Source: Eledone cirrhosa
Lineage: Eukaryota
Length of the DNA stretch: 64,000 bases
Assembly (NCBI GenBank): GCA_964016885.1
Contig: OZ024740.1
Coordinates: 309,194,001 to 309,258,000, forward strand
Reading direction: 5' to 3'
In this document: in pieces, positions 24,511 to 37,092 of the stretch
How the letters are laid out: the number at the start of each line of letters is the position of its first letter
Numbering within the stretch: position 1 is the stretch's first letter
Program-made: the position numbers and the translations under genes
The notes under the pieces: generated by a model
Database searches by the model: none
What the model was told of the DNA's origin: nothing
Seen by the model: only the letters and a program-made list of their open reading frames with translations

Positions 24511-24550
24511 CCCTAATATTTCGGGACTTAAAATCCCCTTCATCAGAGTA
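24511..24550 (-). ncRNA. Degenerate minimal hammerhead-like motif
   Basis: Minus strand: CTGATGA-AG-GGGAT-TTTAA-GTCCC-GAAA-TATTA; stem I weak. Confidence 0.35.
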
Positions 24551-26389
24551 TGGGGAACTCTCAGAGCAAAATGTTCTGGTCTATATTATGATGTTACAGT
24601 AGGGAATTTGACGACCAAATCTAAATATTAAATTCAATTTTCATATGAAACTACTTATTACTTATATTGAATACTTTTAGAGCTAAACATTTATGTGATC
24701 CCTTAACCTGCTAGAAATAGCTGCCAAATCTCTTACTGAAAGTACACATCAGATAATGTAATCTGGAATACATTATACCAAAATTTAAAACAAAACAGGA
24801 TGTTCAAGGTTGAAATGCTTTTCACCTTACATCTGCTGAATCAGAGCCAATTTGTGGTTAGACAACAAGACAACATTAGATAGTTTTTGGCCATATATTC
24901 CAGGGTACAACAGGATTGATATGAAATCAATATCTCATAACTTCCGTCTCCATTTATTCTTGGTTATATTTAAGTTCACTATCAATATCGACACTTCCGG
25001 ATCAAGGTCAACATTTTTTTTGTTTATCTGTAATCTGAAATGACTCCTATTGGTGCCATTACAGACATTTATACCTTTCTGTTGAGATTGAAGTGAAAGA
25101 GATCGTTTGGCAGAGTAATTTGTTACATAAATAGTAATTTACAGACCTTCATTGTAAAATATCATGTGGAATGGAATAATACCATTCACCTGAAATCTGA
25201 ACACCTTTTTTGACCACAAGTTCACCCCCCCCCCTCTACTAACTGACACTCCATGGATAACTGAGAAAAGGAGGTAGCCTCTATGCTGTCACTCTGCTTG
25301 CTAGAAGTAGCAACCAAATATCCCTCAAATCAAACCCTACTGTCTTAAATCTGGAAACAGGCATTGGATAATGTAGTCTGAGATATACTGTTTGAAATTA
25401 TGATTGAGTGGTCATGTTTAGAATGCTTTTGACAGGGGCTAAATCACAACAACATCAGCAACAATATCAACAACAACTAAATCAATGTATCTGACAAACT
25501 CCTCAGCAGCAAACATCACAGTTTTCAAATCCTTTCCTTCCCCTGACTACACATTTATGTAAACATTCATTATTTTAACAGCTGGATGTCCCTGGGCTGT
25601 CTGTGAGTAGAATATTAACTGTATAGCTATTGCACATGATACAACGCTGCACACATTATGCAGCAGCAGCAGCAGACTGTTGCAGTTCCAGCTAATCAAA
25701 AAGCAACACATGAAAAATACATTGTGTATGTGTGTATGTGGCTATTTAAAAACTGACAAGAGAGCTGTATTGGCATTCAGATTAGTTTGAAATATGGTAA
25801 CTCCTGGTTACTTGCAATCTATCATTAAGCCAATGAAGGACTGCCTATGTAAACACATGAGCTGCTAGAAATAGCAGCCAAAATTTCCTCAAACCACACC
25901 TTGCTATTTCAAAAATAATGTACTGATACATTGGATAATGTCGTCCAAGATATACTATATTTGAAAAAAAGAGTGGGAGGGTTTGAACTGTAAGTCTGTT
26001 TGATCAGGGCTTACTAAGTGTTAAACAACTAAATGAATGTAGTTTTCTGTATTTGACAATCTCCCTAGCATCAAACAATTTTGACACTCTTTAAATTTGT
26101 CCTCTGGCTAGCAAGGAAGTCATGTCATTCAATCTGCTAGAAATAGCAGCCAAATTCCTCACATATACTCTTTAGTGTCTAATAAAAAGAATGGCACAAT
26201 GGTAAACCCTGTGATACCAACCTGTCCAAGACTGCTTTGGGGTCAATGAAACAAAGGTACCCATTTTAAGGGGTTCCTCATTAAATCAAAACTTCCAACA
26301 TAATTCTATATAAGAGTCATATATTAAGTTACATACAATCTTAGTAATGAAATAATTAGTTATTTTTGTAAATCCCTCAAAATTCTTAA

Positions 26390-26555
26390 TTAACCCTTAA
26401 CGTCCTGCAATGATTTACCAGAAAATATTTAAAAATGGGTTTGTTGATTTAAATGTTTATAGTATCTTTACTAGTGATCAGATCATTGAGACTTTTGTAC
26501 TTTTCAAAAATGTCTTCGTAATACAGTTCATGTGGTACAGAACACCTAGAGTTAA
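26390..26555. mobile_element. piggyBac-type MITE P1 (short copy)
   Basis: TTAACCCTTAACGTCCTG...GTACAGAACACCTAGAGTTAA. Confidence 0.65.
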
Positions 26556-27134
26556 TTGAAACACAGTGTATTGCATTAGAAATAAGGTCATGAAAGAATA
26601 ATCTTGGATAGATTTCTGGAAATAAGATGGGATAGTCATAGCTGGAATGCCTGGATTATAAGTCTACTTAATCATAGCTCTTCATGGCTAAAGTACAATC
26701 CAATTTATCCTTATGCCATCTGGTTAGTTTTAATCAATAGTGGACAAATCTGGACTATTCATTGACAATACGGACAACATGACCACCCCAAATATAACAA
26801 TGAACTATTCTTTTTTTTTAATCGTTTCATTTCTTTATTTCATTACATTTTCTCATATGACCTTCATTCTCCATTCCCTCTCCCCATCTCCCCCCTCTCT
26901 CTCTGTAATAAAGGAATTATTTCTAAGGTATTTTATTGTATAGCTAACTAATGGCTGTTGTTTAACTCTAGGTTATCCTCTGATAAAGCAGATCTTTGAT
27001 CAAATGTGTTCCAGTCATGACCATACTATTCCATTTTTTCTTTAGACACAATATATCTAGGATTATATTCTATTTTAAAATGTGCTTTTGTTGGACTTTT
27101 GTCAGTTCTGATAATAAGTGTTCCAGCTGTTTTG

Positions 27135-27415
27135 ATGAATGAAACAACCAGCTCATGAAATTAACGTGCAGGTGGCTGAGAATTTGACATACACATGTAC
27201 CTTTAACATAGTTCTCAGGGAGATTCAGTGTAACACACTATGTGCTAAGACTGGCCCTTTAAATTACAGGTACAATTCATATTTTTCCAGCTGGGTGGAC
27301 TGGAGCAATGTGAAATAAAGTGTCTCGCTCAAAGGACACAATGGGGCACTGGAAATTGAACTTTTGACATACAATCACAATCCAAACATCCTAACCACTA
27401 AGCTATATGACTTCC
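27135..27415 (-). mobile_element. tRNA-derived SINE S4, near full length
   Basis: Minus-strand head TAGCTTAGTGGTTAGGA (A box)...AGTTCAATTTCC (B-box-like); splits an S3 copy. Confidence 0.75.
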
Positions 27416-28649
27416 CTACGTTTTAAAGATATATAGTGTGATTTAAGTAAGATTTTTCTATCAGGTTCATTGACCTTACAGAGGCCACCTATGGTGGTAA
27501 CTGATATTTGCTGGGGCACACATATACAAAAAATGCTGTCAGAAATATTCGCTACATTATAGTATATTATCTATCTACAGCTGCTGTTTAACCCCATGTT
27601 ACCCCTGATCAAGCCAACATATGATCAAATGTATTCCAGCCATGACCATCCCATTTCTTTTTATTCAGACACAATGGATATAGGACTATATTATCCAACA
27701 TGTCCTTCAGTTTTAAGATATATGATGTAATTTAAGATAAATTTCGCTACTATTTCTAGTAGGTTGAGTGACCTTACACAGACCTTGTTAACTATAGTAT
27801 TTGCTAGGGCACACATCTACAAAGATGTTAGATGTTAGAAGTCTTAGATGTCTCTTCTTCCTCATGACCTAAAATTTAATCCACTACTTGAAATATTTGT
27901 ATTACTACTTTGCCAGTGCAGAATATCATTCGTTTCCTTGGATTCTGCTGTTTCACTATGTATAGGTATGCATTGTTATAGCAGCACTCCTGCTATATAT
28001 CTGATGCTCACAAGAATAAAGATATTGACATAATGCTTCTCTATACCTTTTCTTGTAAATACTCCCCATATTCATACCCTTTATATTCAGTGTGTATCTG
28101 GTTTAGAATAGGTACGCCATATCTTAGCATGTCATAAGAAGTGACTTAAGGGGCTGGTTGGTGCCAGGAAAGGAATCCAGCTGTAAAACTAAAACATTGC
28201 CTGAAAAAGTCCTATTCAAACCTATGCCAGTATGGAAAGTCGATGTAAAAATGATGACAATTCCCTTCACAACTCCACAACATGAATAATGAATGTAGTG
28301 CTGCATCAATAACTACAAAATGTTGCTCATACAAAACTGAAACAATAACAGTAACTCTGCTGCATTTATTACTGAAAATGGATATGTTTATATCCACCCT
28401 ATCATAGCTTGCTTTCATTCTGTTGTCTTCCTGTCTCAAGGAGTGGGAGTGGGGGAATATACACTGGGGTGTTTTCTCCATTATCTTCTCTAAGGTGCTA
28501 TGAAGCCTGAAGTTTTCTTTCTAGATTTTTTTTTTACCAGAGAGAAATATAAACGTCTCACATTCATACTTTCAATTTTTGCAAGAATATTATTATAACA
28601 ATAGAGTAAAGAGAACTCTTTAGTTTGACCCAAAATATGACAGCTAAAA

Positions 28650-29465
28650 TGAACCTAGTATATCTGTAAAGTAGTAGTGCTGATGCTATGAAAAAAATGC
28701 ACCTAGTATACTCAGTAAAGTAGTAGTGTTGGTACCCATGAAAAAATGCACCTAGCTCTCTCAGTAAAGTTGTAGTGCTAGTGCTATAATAAAAGTATCC
28801 AGTACTCTGTTTAACTCTTTAGTACTTAAACCGGCTGTATCCAGCCAGAATTTTCTCACCTCTTTCTATTCAAATCGGCTGTAACTGGCTGCTCACACTG
28901 ATGTTAAGGTATTGTTCTCAAAATAAATAATATCAAAATCTCATAAATTCGATATTATGTGAGATAAAGCCTTTACCAGGAAAATGCAATAGTATTTATA
29001 GAGTAATGTAAATGCTAAAGGGTTAAAGTGGTTGGTGTTACAAAGGGCACCCTGCTGTAGAAACCATACGAAAATATGGAACATATGAGAAAGACATGGT
29101 TTCCTGACTAGTCAGGTCTCAGACCATGACAACCTACTCAATGATAAAATGCATCCAGTGCACTCTGTAAAGTGGGAGTGATGGTGTCTTGATAAAAGTA
29201 CCCAGTACAATCTGTAAAGTAGGAGTGCTGGTGCCTTGATAAAAGTACCCAGTATACTCTGTAAAGTAGGAGTGTTGGTGCCTTGATAAAAGTACCCAGT
29301 ACAATCTGTAAACTGGTTGGCATTAAGGAGGACATTTAGCCTTAGAAATTATGCCAAAATATGAAATGTATGAGCAAGACTTGGTTCCCTGACCAGTCAT
29401 GTCTTGGACCGTGACAACCTGTCTAACCCATGTCAACATGAAAAGCAGATGTAAAATAATGAAAA
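28650..29465 (+). mobile_element. Two RTE-type 3' tails with ~40-bp tandem units; first interrupted by a TTAA MITE
   Basis: Units AAAAGTACCCAGTACAATCTGTAAAGTAGGAGTGCTGGTGCCTTGAT at 29140-29330; terminal AACCCATGTCAACATGAAAAGCAGATGTAAAA. Confidence 0.7.
28811..29026. mobile_element. piggyBac-type MITE
   Basis: TTAA-CTCTTTAG...CTAAAGGG-TTAA interrupting the CTCTGT/AAAGTGGTTGG motif. Confidence 0.7.
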
Positions 29466-30679
29466 CTCCGCAGAGACTTTTTGCTTCTGCTTGCTGGACG
29501 ATTATCTCTTAGTTTTTATACTATTTCATAACACTTGTACCTATAGCATAATGCTGAGAGCAAAAATACAACTGAAAAATAGCTAAAAAATATGTCACTA
29601 AAATATACAAGACAGTTATCGAATCATTTTTACTATATTCTGAAATAAAATAAAAACTATTTCTTTTATATTTGTTGCTGTGAAGACAATCTGTATTACC
29701 AGCTGTTCCAGCTCATCAGTTCACTAGCAACACCAACTATCACCACCTTTCTGTTGTTAATATTGTTATTGGTTCTTACTGATATGAATTTCATTCTTCC
29801 CTCTTTCTTTCTCTCTTTGTTATATTTTCTTTTCTTTGAACTGTTGTGGGTGTTATTTTGCTGAGCTATGTCACAGCTGTTCACTGGTATCATTTCTCTC
29901 CCCCATCTCACTCTTACACTAGACTTTACCATCTTGCGTATCTTATTCCATTTTCATTCATTTACACTTAAAAGAATAAAATCGTACTTTTTATGTAAAT
30001 ATAGTAACACTCTTTCATTGTATTGCATATCTATTGTTTTGCTTATTGTCTTTCATTAATCTTTTACATACCAAACTGCCTGAAACCATGCCTGGTTCTA
30101 TGATACAAGGCTGTTTTAAAGTGTTTATATTCATCTAGAAACCTTCATTGATAATTTTATGTAAAAACCTCTATGTTCCAGACACCTAATAAATAAAAAA
30201 ATTAGTTATATTACTAATTCTCAACTACTCCCTTATTATTTTCAAAATTACTTAAAACAGTGCTTTCATTAAACATATGAGAATGGAAGGGTTAGAGTAT
30301 TCTTCACACAGTACAAATAGAGGTATTTATGAAGGCATATATGGTGTGTTTATGTATTAAAAACATGTCTCGCTATGAATGTTTTTTTAATATTTTAAGC
30401 TGTGATCATGTCACAATATCTCAGTGTCCATGTGACACTAATATTTCAAGATCTTTGTCTATCATCTGTGATATTTATTCACTCCACCCTGAGATAAGAA
30501 TAAGCCACATCTTATTCTTATCTCAGGATTATTTGAATACAGTGCATGCTTGACTGGCTGGAATTAATTAGTAGTAGCTCTAACATTGCAGGATTCATAA
30601 TAGAGTAAATGAGTGAGCTAATGTTACTAATGATGGATAAAATGTCTTTAAATACTAGTATCTGACATTCTCACACAGC

Positions 30680-31115
30680 TCCTGTGATGGTGACATGACA
30701 AAAAGCACCCAGTCCACCATGTAAAGTGGTCGTGTTGGGGATACGACAAAAAGCACCCAGCCCACCCTGTAAGGTGATCATGCTGGTGACAAAATAAAAA
30801 AACACCTGGTTTACCCTGTCAGGTGGTCATGTTGGTGACAATGAAAAAAGTGCCCATTCCAACCTCACAGTTTGTTGTTTTGGTGACACAACAAAGTGTA
30901 CCCAGCCCACCCTTGAAGGTGGTCGTGTTGATGCCACTATAAAACACACCCAATCCATGCTGTAAATGTGGTTGGTATTGGGAAGTTGCATGCAGACATA
31001 GAAACCAAGCCAGAAACAGTTCTGTATTAAAAAGACATGGTCACCTGATCTGACTTGTTCACAAAGGGACAACTGATCCAACTCATGTAAATGGTGATGA
31101 TGATGTTGATGATGA
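30680..31115 (+). mobile_element. RTE-type 3' UTR with ~6-7 tandem ~48-bp units and (GAT)n tail
   Basis: Repeated AAAAAGCACCCAGCCCACCCTGTAAAGTGGTCGTGTTGG. Confidence 0.75.
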
Positions 31116-31116
31116 T

Positions 31117-31182
31117 ATCATCATCATCACCGTTTTACGTCTGTTCTTCCACCCTAGCATGGGTTAGATGGGTTGTCCTGTT
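31117..31182 (-). mobile_element. Very short RTE 3' end (variant B), tail-to-tail with previous element
   Basis: (ATC)n-ACCGTTTTACGTCTGTTCTTCCACCCTAGCATGGG, ends in (TA)n. Confidence 0.8.
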
Positions 31183-31354
31183 ATATATATATATATATAT
31201 ACATATAGTAATAATAATAAAATTGAAGACTAAATCCAAAGAGGGGGCTCGAAAAGGATAAATATATATCAAATATATAAGAACCGTAGAGCAAAGTTTA
31301 AGCAAAAAACTTCTGCTTTCACCCAAAGTAAGATCATCTGAAACTTATCTGTAT

Positions 31355-31396
<42 letters not shown>

Positions 31397-31399
<3 letters not shown>

Positions 31400-31773
31400 C
31401 ACACAACCGTGACTTCTGGCGTCACGCAGTAATACAGAGTACCCGACCTCTCATGGGTACAAGCTGAAGCATATAGACAATATGCCCCCACACCCCCCAC
31501 CGCAAGGTGGTCGTGGAGGTGCCACGGCAAAAAAGCACCCAGCCCACACTGTAAAGTGGACGTGTAGGCGCCACGAAAAAGCACCCAGCACTCACTGTAA
31601 ATGAGGTTGGTGTTAGGAAGGGCATCCAGCTGTAGAAATCAAGCCAAATCAGTTCCTGTATGAGCAAGGCATGGTCAGCCGACCAGACACTGCCCACAAC
31701 AGGACAACCCGTCTAACCCATGCTAGCGTGGAAGAACGGACGTAAAACGGTGATGATGATGATGATGATGATG
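31397..31773 (+). mobile_element. RTE 3' end (variant B)
   Basis: Near-identical to 39504-39860; (GAT)n tail; (TA)n on both sides. Confidence 0.9.
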
Positions 31774-31871
31774 ATATATATATTGTTATACTTGGGGAGG
31801 GTCATATTTGTGTAATAGTATTGCCAGAATTAATAACTGAACACACTCATGCAAAACTAATTCATCACTGT

Positions 31872-32800
31872 TCATCATCATCATCATCGTTTAACGTCCA
31901 TCTTCCACGCTTGAGGCAAGAGTGGTTGTCTCGCTCGCATAGGACTGTCTGGCGGGTTTTCTACGGCTGGATGCCCTTCCTAACACTAACCACGTTTACA
32001 GTGTGGACTGGGAGGTTTTTACCATGTTACCTACACGGCCACATTACAGCGTGGACTGTGTGTTTTTTTTGTCATGACACCTACACGACCTCATTTGTTT
32101 CGGCCTGGATGTTGTGGCACCAACATAACTTTACATTGAAAGGGGTGGTGTGGATGGGGTGGGGGTAGTGGGACGGGGGTGTATTTTGTTAGAGGTGCCT
32201 ACTGACTGTAGTAGGTTTCACTTTGTACTTAGGTAAGGCGGGTCTTCTGTATTACTGTGTAGCGCCAAAGATCTCGGTCCAGTGACATTGTCTTGGAGAG
32301 GTGTAAGTGTGTGAGGTCGGAATTTATCAAATTATCCCAGGTTTTTCTGGGTCTGCCTACTCCGTGGCTACCGTCTATTTTTATTGCCCTGCACTTTTTT
32401 ATACAGCTGTCGTCTTTCATGCGCATCACGTGACCATACCAATGTAGCCTTCTCTCGAGTAAACAACATCTGATCCCTCTTATTTCTAATTTTTCCCTTA
32501 GTTTGTTTATGCTTTGCCGTTCACGTATATTACTATTACACATCCAGCGGAGCATGCAAGCTTCGTTCCTCTCTAGTCTGCGTATATCCTCTGCACACAA
32601 TGCCCAGGTCTCACTGCCATGTAACATTGCTGTTCGTATGCAGGCATCATACAGCCTGCCTTTAATTTTTAGAGAGAACCCTTTAGCGGCTAATAGTGGT
32701 ATAAGCTCTCTGAACTTTTTCCATCCAGTTCTGACTCTAGCTACTGTACTTTCAGAGCACTCTCCACCACTGCTGATTTTGTCACCCAGGTAATGGAAGT
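31872..32800 (-). mobile_element. RTE 3' ~930 bp (variant A)
   Basis: ORF 32229-32861 (FHYLGDKISSGG...HGSETW...GRPRKTW...TRLT*); highly similar to 13341-14300. Confidence 0.95.
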
Positions 32801-33040
32801 TATATATATATAATATATATATATAATATATATATATGGGTAAGCAGGTGTGGTCATGCATGGATGGATTTATGTTTCTTTCTTTCCTATTTCCTTGCTT
32901 ACTTTCTTTTTTTTTGTTGTCCTTCTTTTTTCACATTTCTAATGTATGAAAATAATAGAACTGTGACTATTTTTATTTTGTGTGTACACATTTTTTTTAT
33001 ATAGAACTTCTTATCAAATTTAAGATATATGATGATGATA

Positions 33041-33716
33041 TATGAGGACTGTCAAAAAAATCTGACTTTATTTTTCCTGTGGGAAGTTATGAGATTAGGG
33101 AGACAAAAGTGTGCTGAGTGGAGCTGTATATATTCATGAGAGGAATTTGAGGAGCTTGCTGGATGCATGAGTCATAGACAGGTATCTAGTATGTGAGATG
33201 CTCTATTACTTACTAGTCATATTTTCATTTCTCCTGTTACTGCGAGAACAGGAGATGAGATATGTGTATATGGAAAAGCTCAATCCTCACAGTTGACATA
33301 TCCAATGTTGTCAAAGCCCCCAAAATCAAGGTAATGCTCACTGTTTTCTTTGCCCGAGGTATTATGCATCACAAATATGCACAAAAAGGACAGGCATTTA
33401 CAAAGAAGTATTATCAGGTAGTCCTCTGACATCTTTGTGATGCAATTTGGCATAATAGACCAGATTTGTGAGCCTCACAAATCTGGCAGCTGCATCATGA
33501 CAACATCCTGGTTCATTCACTAGGCTCTCTTTTTTCTTGAAACAGATTCTCCTGACTTCTGATTGTTCCCCAAAAATGATGAGGCCACTGAAAGGCTCCT
33601 GCTTTGAGAGCTGAGAGGACATCATGTAAACTGTGATGGTGGAGCTGAGAGCCATTCTGGAAGAAGCATTCCAGATGTGCTTTGAATAGTGGAAGGATCA
33701 CTGGGTTAGGTGCATT
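33041..33716 (+). mobile_element. Mariner transposon remnant (transposase pseudogene, internally deleted)
   Basis: TA-TGAGGACTGTCAAAAA left end; KIKVMLTVFF, WQLHHDN, PDF*LFPK, PLKGSCFES, EEAFQMCFE*WKDHWVRCI. Confidence 0.85.
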
Positions 33717-33719
33717 TTT

Positions 33720-34030
33720 CTCAGCTATCCAGTTCTTCTGTGTAGTATGTAATATAAGGAAGGTTTTTAAAACATTTTTAGTTTTTTGGCATTATATTTC
33801 ATTCATGTCTAAGGAAAGAATCTCTGGACAGGTTTTCCAGGCAAAACCAAGTGACAGGAAACTCAGGCGCAGACCCTGAGCAAGGTAGTTGGATAATATC
33901 CATGGGCTTCATTGGTTTTGTTTAGAAATCCGGCCAGATCAATTCAAGGCAATTGCTTCTGATAGGACCTTCTGGAAGGCATGTATGAGGACTCTGCCTC
34001 CATGGCTCTCTCAGGAATAAGTGGGCAAAT
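33720..34030 (+). mobile_element. 3' end of a different RTE family
   Basis: WHYISFMSKERISGQVFQAKPSDRKLRRRP*AR*LDNI, resembling the RTE C-terminal GH..RM..ER / GRPR.RW.D pattern. Confidence 0.55.
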
Positions 34031-34895
34031 AATAATGATAATAATATTTTATTCTCTCATTCTTCTGTTTTTATTTCAGTATATGTATATATATGTATGT
34101 ACATCTATATGCTTGCATATATGCATGTAGTTGTATGTGTGTGTGTGTGTGTGTGCATGCAATAACTTTTCCTAAATCTCTGTAATTGTAGTTTCCTTCA
34201 ACACAATCTCCTTAAGCTGATCTCTCCTCTAAATCTATGGAAATGTTGTATGCCATTGCAATTATAATAATTAGACTCAGAAATATATGACAACACATCT
34301 GAGTTTGCTCCTGCTCAGCATGAGATCAACTAACTCTAATCCAAAGCTCTTACCTAGTACCATCCATCATGTTTCTATATTGAGATATGAAGGTTTTTAA
34401 TTTTTTTTTTATCTTTTGCTTTTTTTTCTATTATTTCTATTTTATTTCTATATTTCCCTTAATCTTTCCAGTTATAGTTCAATAAGTCATCCACTTAAAA
34501 TTAGACCTGATATTTTTTATTTCATTTTGTTTATCTATTTCTGTTTTCATTCAGCTCTTTCCATGCTAATGAGGAATTGAAAATAAAGGTATTTGAATGA
34601 ATTGATAAGCAATAACTTAATAACCAGAGAACATTCTCCCATATTGTCCAGACATGTATTATTGTTGGATAGTGAGGATATCAGTTGCTGATATTTATGC
34701 TTATATACACATTTAGCTACAAAGATCAAGATTGTATTTCAAAATGGAAAAATTTCAGTATTGAATATGATTCATTATTCGATACTTGAGAGTACTAGTG
34801 CTAACTTATATTGGATTTACTTATTTTTCAGTTAGTAGAGTAATATACTTTGTTCAAGGGCTTGAATTGTTATGATGTCTACTTTAACCCCTTCA

Positions 34896-35084
34896 GTGGA
34901 TTGGCAGTATTGGTAGAGGGTCGGACGCCATGCTTTGACGTATCGAGTTACGGCCCTTGCCATTCTGAGTTCAAATCCCACCAAGGTTAACTTTGCCTTT
35001 CATCCTTACGGGGTCGATAAAATAAAGTACCAGTAATGCACTGGGTAATTGCTGGCCTTGTGTCTAACGTAGAAACAATTATTA
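34896..35084 (+). mobile_element. SINE S1 copy (short subfamily)
   Basis: A box, GAGTTCAAATCC, GCCTTTCATCCTTACGGGGTCGATAAAATAAAGTACCAG. Confidence 0.88.
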
Positions 35085-35459
35085 TATATCTAATGAAAGA
35101 GACTAATTTTATCTCTTTGTTCTAAGTTCAATTCCTGTTGGAGTCAATTTTTCTTTCATCCTCTCAGCGTGAATGAACTAGGTTAATTAAATATAATTTA
35201 TTATGTAAGTTTATGACCTTCTCACAGATAAGTAATTGCTATTAACATCACTATGGTTTTTCAAGTTTTTAAAGCAGTTCATTTTAAATTGTTTATATTT
35301 AATTACCTAAAAACAACTTCTTCCACAATTCTATGTAAGAACCTTTGTTGATATATGTTGCAAACACCAGCTTAAAATGAGAAATTTATATTATTAAATC
35401 TCTCCAAATTCTTGATTATTTTCAAAACCATACACAGTGTCTTTTCTGCTAACCTTGTG

Positions 35460-35945
35460 AACATAAGTTTACTATTTTTCTACATATTGAGCAGGGCCAC
35501 TTCCCTGCTCAAATCTGGGTCCTAGCTTCATTCCTACTAACTAGCACTTCAGTTTTGACTAAGTTTACTCTCAGGCCTTTTGATTCCAAATTCTGTTTCG
35601 ATTGTCGGAACTTATTCTCTAGTAGTTTTTATGGATTCAGCTATAAGTACCAAATCATCTGTATAAAGAAGTTCCCTTGGAAAGTCAGTCTTACACTCCT
35701 TTGTTATGGCCTGGAGAACTATGATGAGCAGCAGTGAGCTGAAAACTGAACCCTGATGAACTCCTTCCTACCTACACCTTGAATTCCTCACTGATCTCAC
35801 TTTTTAGTCTCTCTTTACTGACAGCTCCTTTGTACATGGCTTGCACAGCTCTCACAAACCATTCTTCTACACATAATTTTCTTAAGGACATAACAGAATG
35901 GTGTACTCTGTCAAGGGCCTTTACTAGATCAACAAAAGCTTATTC
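35460..35945 (-). mobile_element. Old RTE RT fragment
   Basis: AFVDLVKALDRV, HQGSVFS, ELLYTDDLVLIAES, KQNLESKGLRVNLVKT. Confidence 0.8.
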
Positions 35946-36064
35946 TTGGCTAGGAACTTCGCTTGTAGTCTCACTAAGAAGGCTACATTGAAATCCTCTT
36001 ATAATATACTTTTTCCATAGGTCATTTGTACTCTGTTGTTCATGTACACTAACATTACATGTCC

Positions 36065-36272
36065 ATTCATGGTTGGGTCATGTGTTGAAGAAGGATGAAA
36101 TTGACTTGGTGAGTGGAGTGATGGAAATGAATGTGGAAGATGTATAAAGATGATGGCATAAAAATGAAAACAAGGGATGTTGGTGAGTAGGGAAAAATAG
36201 AGAAGCTTGTTGTGGGAGTCTACAAGGCTAACCCCTACTATAGCGGGAAAAATGGCCTTCAAACTATTGCTG
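36065..36272 (+). mobile_element. Decayed RTE-like 3' end
   Basis: SWLGHVLKKDEIDLVSGVMEMNVE. Confidence 0.45.
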
Positions 36273-36486
36273 AAGTTGGCAATTCCTGGTACTTTTTAAA
36301 CTGGTCATGCCAGCACATGTAATTTTAAAAATCCAGACCATATAATTGAAGTAGGGTTCATATAGTATATATGTACTCTCTTTCTAGTTGTATCCCGTAG
36401 AAATAAATGATTTACACTAAAATCAGATTTGTTATATGCATTTATTTGTACATTGCCTGACTTGTTTTAACGCAGGCAACACCACT

Positions 36487-36488
<2 letters not shown>

Positions 36489-36538
<50 letters not shown>

Positions 36539-36580
36539 TCTCTCTCTCTCTCTCTTCCCCTCTCTCTCTCTCTCTCTCTT

Positions 36581-36624
<44 letters not shown>

Positions 36625-36637
36625 TCTCTCTCTCTCT
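36489..36637. repeat. (CT)n microsatellite
   Basis: Directly visible. Confidence 0.97.
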
Positions 36638-37092
36638 GTGATCAACTATAATGTAAAAACTTCAAAGTTTAAAGTATGTGGAAGTGAAAGAGACAAACAA
36701 ATACCATGTATGTTGACTGTAGTAACAAAGCAATATTGATGTAGATCTGTATGAATATGAGTCTACAACTCAAGTTTTAAATAACTTGTTAATAATGAGT
36801 TTACAACACTTTTCATTTGCTGTACAAACTACATTTTCTCCTATTGTCTTTTTGGTGTGGGTGGCTTTGTAAAGCATTGTTTGCTATAAAAACACTGTAA
36901 TTTAGTCACAATACAAATAATAGCTCTAATTACTGTTATCATGGTAAACATTCTACGGGACATTAACCATTCCAAATTCCTTCACATTTACAATGAAGAA
37001 ACTAAAGTAATGATGCTTCAGAAAATTAAGAATATTTTCGTTTGGCTAAGAACAAAGAAAGTTTGGTTAAAGTGACAATAGAATCAGCTTTG

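Larger units (their letters stand above)
24700..27790. mobile_element. Cluster of ~7 SINE-like S3 copies
   Basis: GCTAGAAATAGCAGCCAAA...CATTGGATAATGTAGTC...GGGGCTAAA(CAA)n at ~24705, 25275, 25850, 26135, 26590 (+) and ~26955-27495, 27580-27780 (-). Confidence 0.65.

Noticed and set aside
29696-29725. Minus-strand CTGATGAGCTGGAACAGCTG
   Set aside because: No room for stem II and GAAA is altered; at most a deleted relic.
30690-30980. CRISPR-like repeat array (also 29140-29330)
   Set aside because: Units are contiguous degenerate tandem repeats of the RTE 3' UTR motif with no unique spacers and no cas genes; eukaryotic context.
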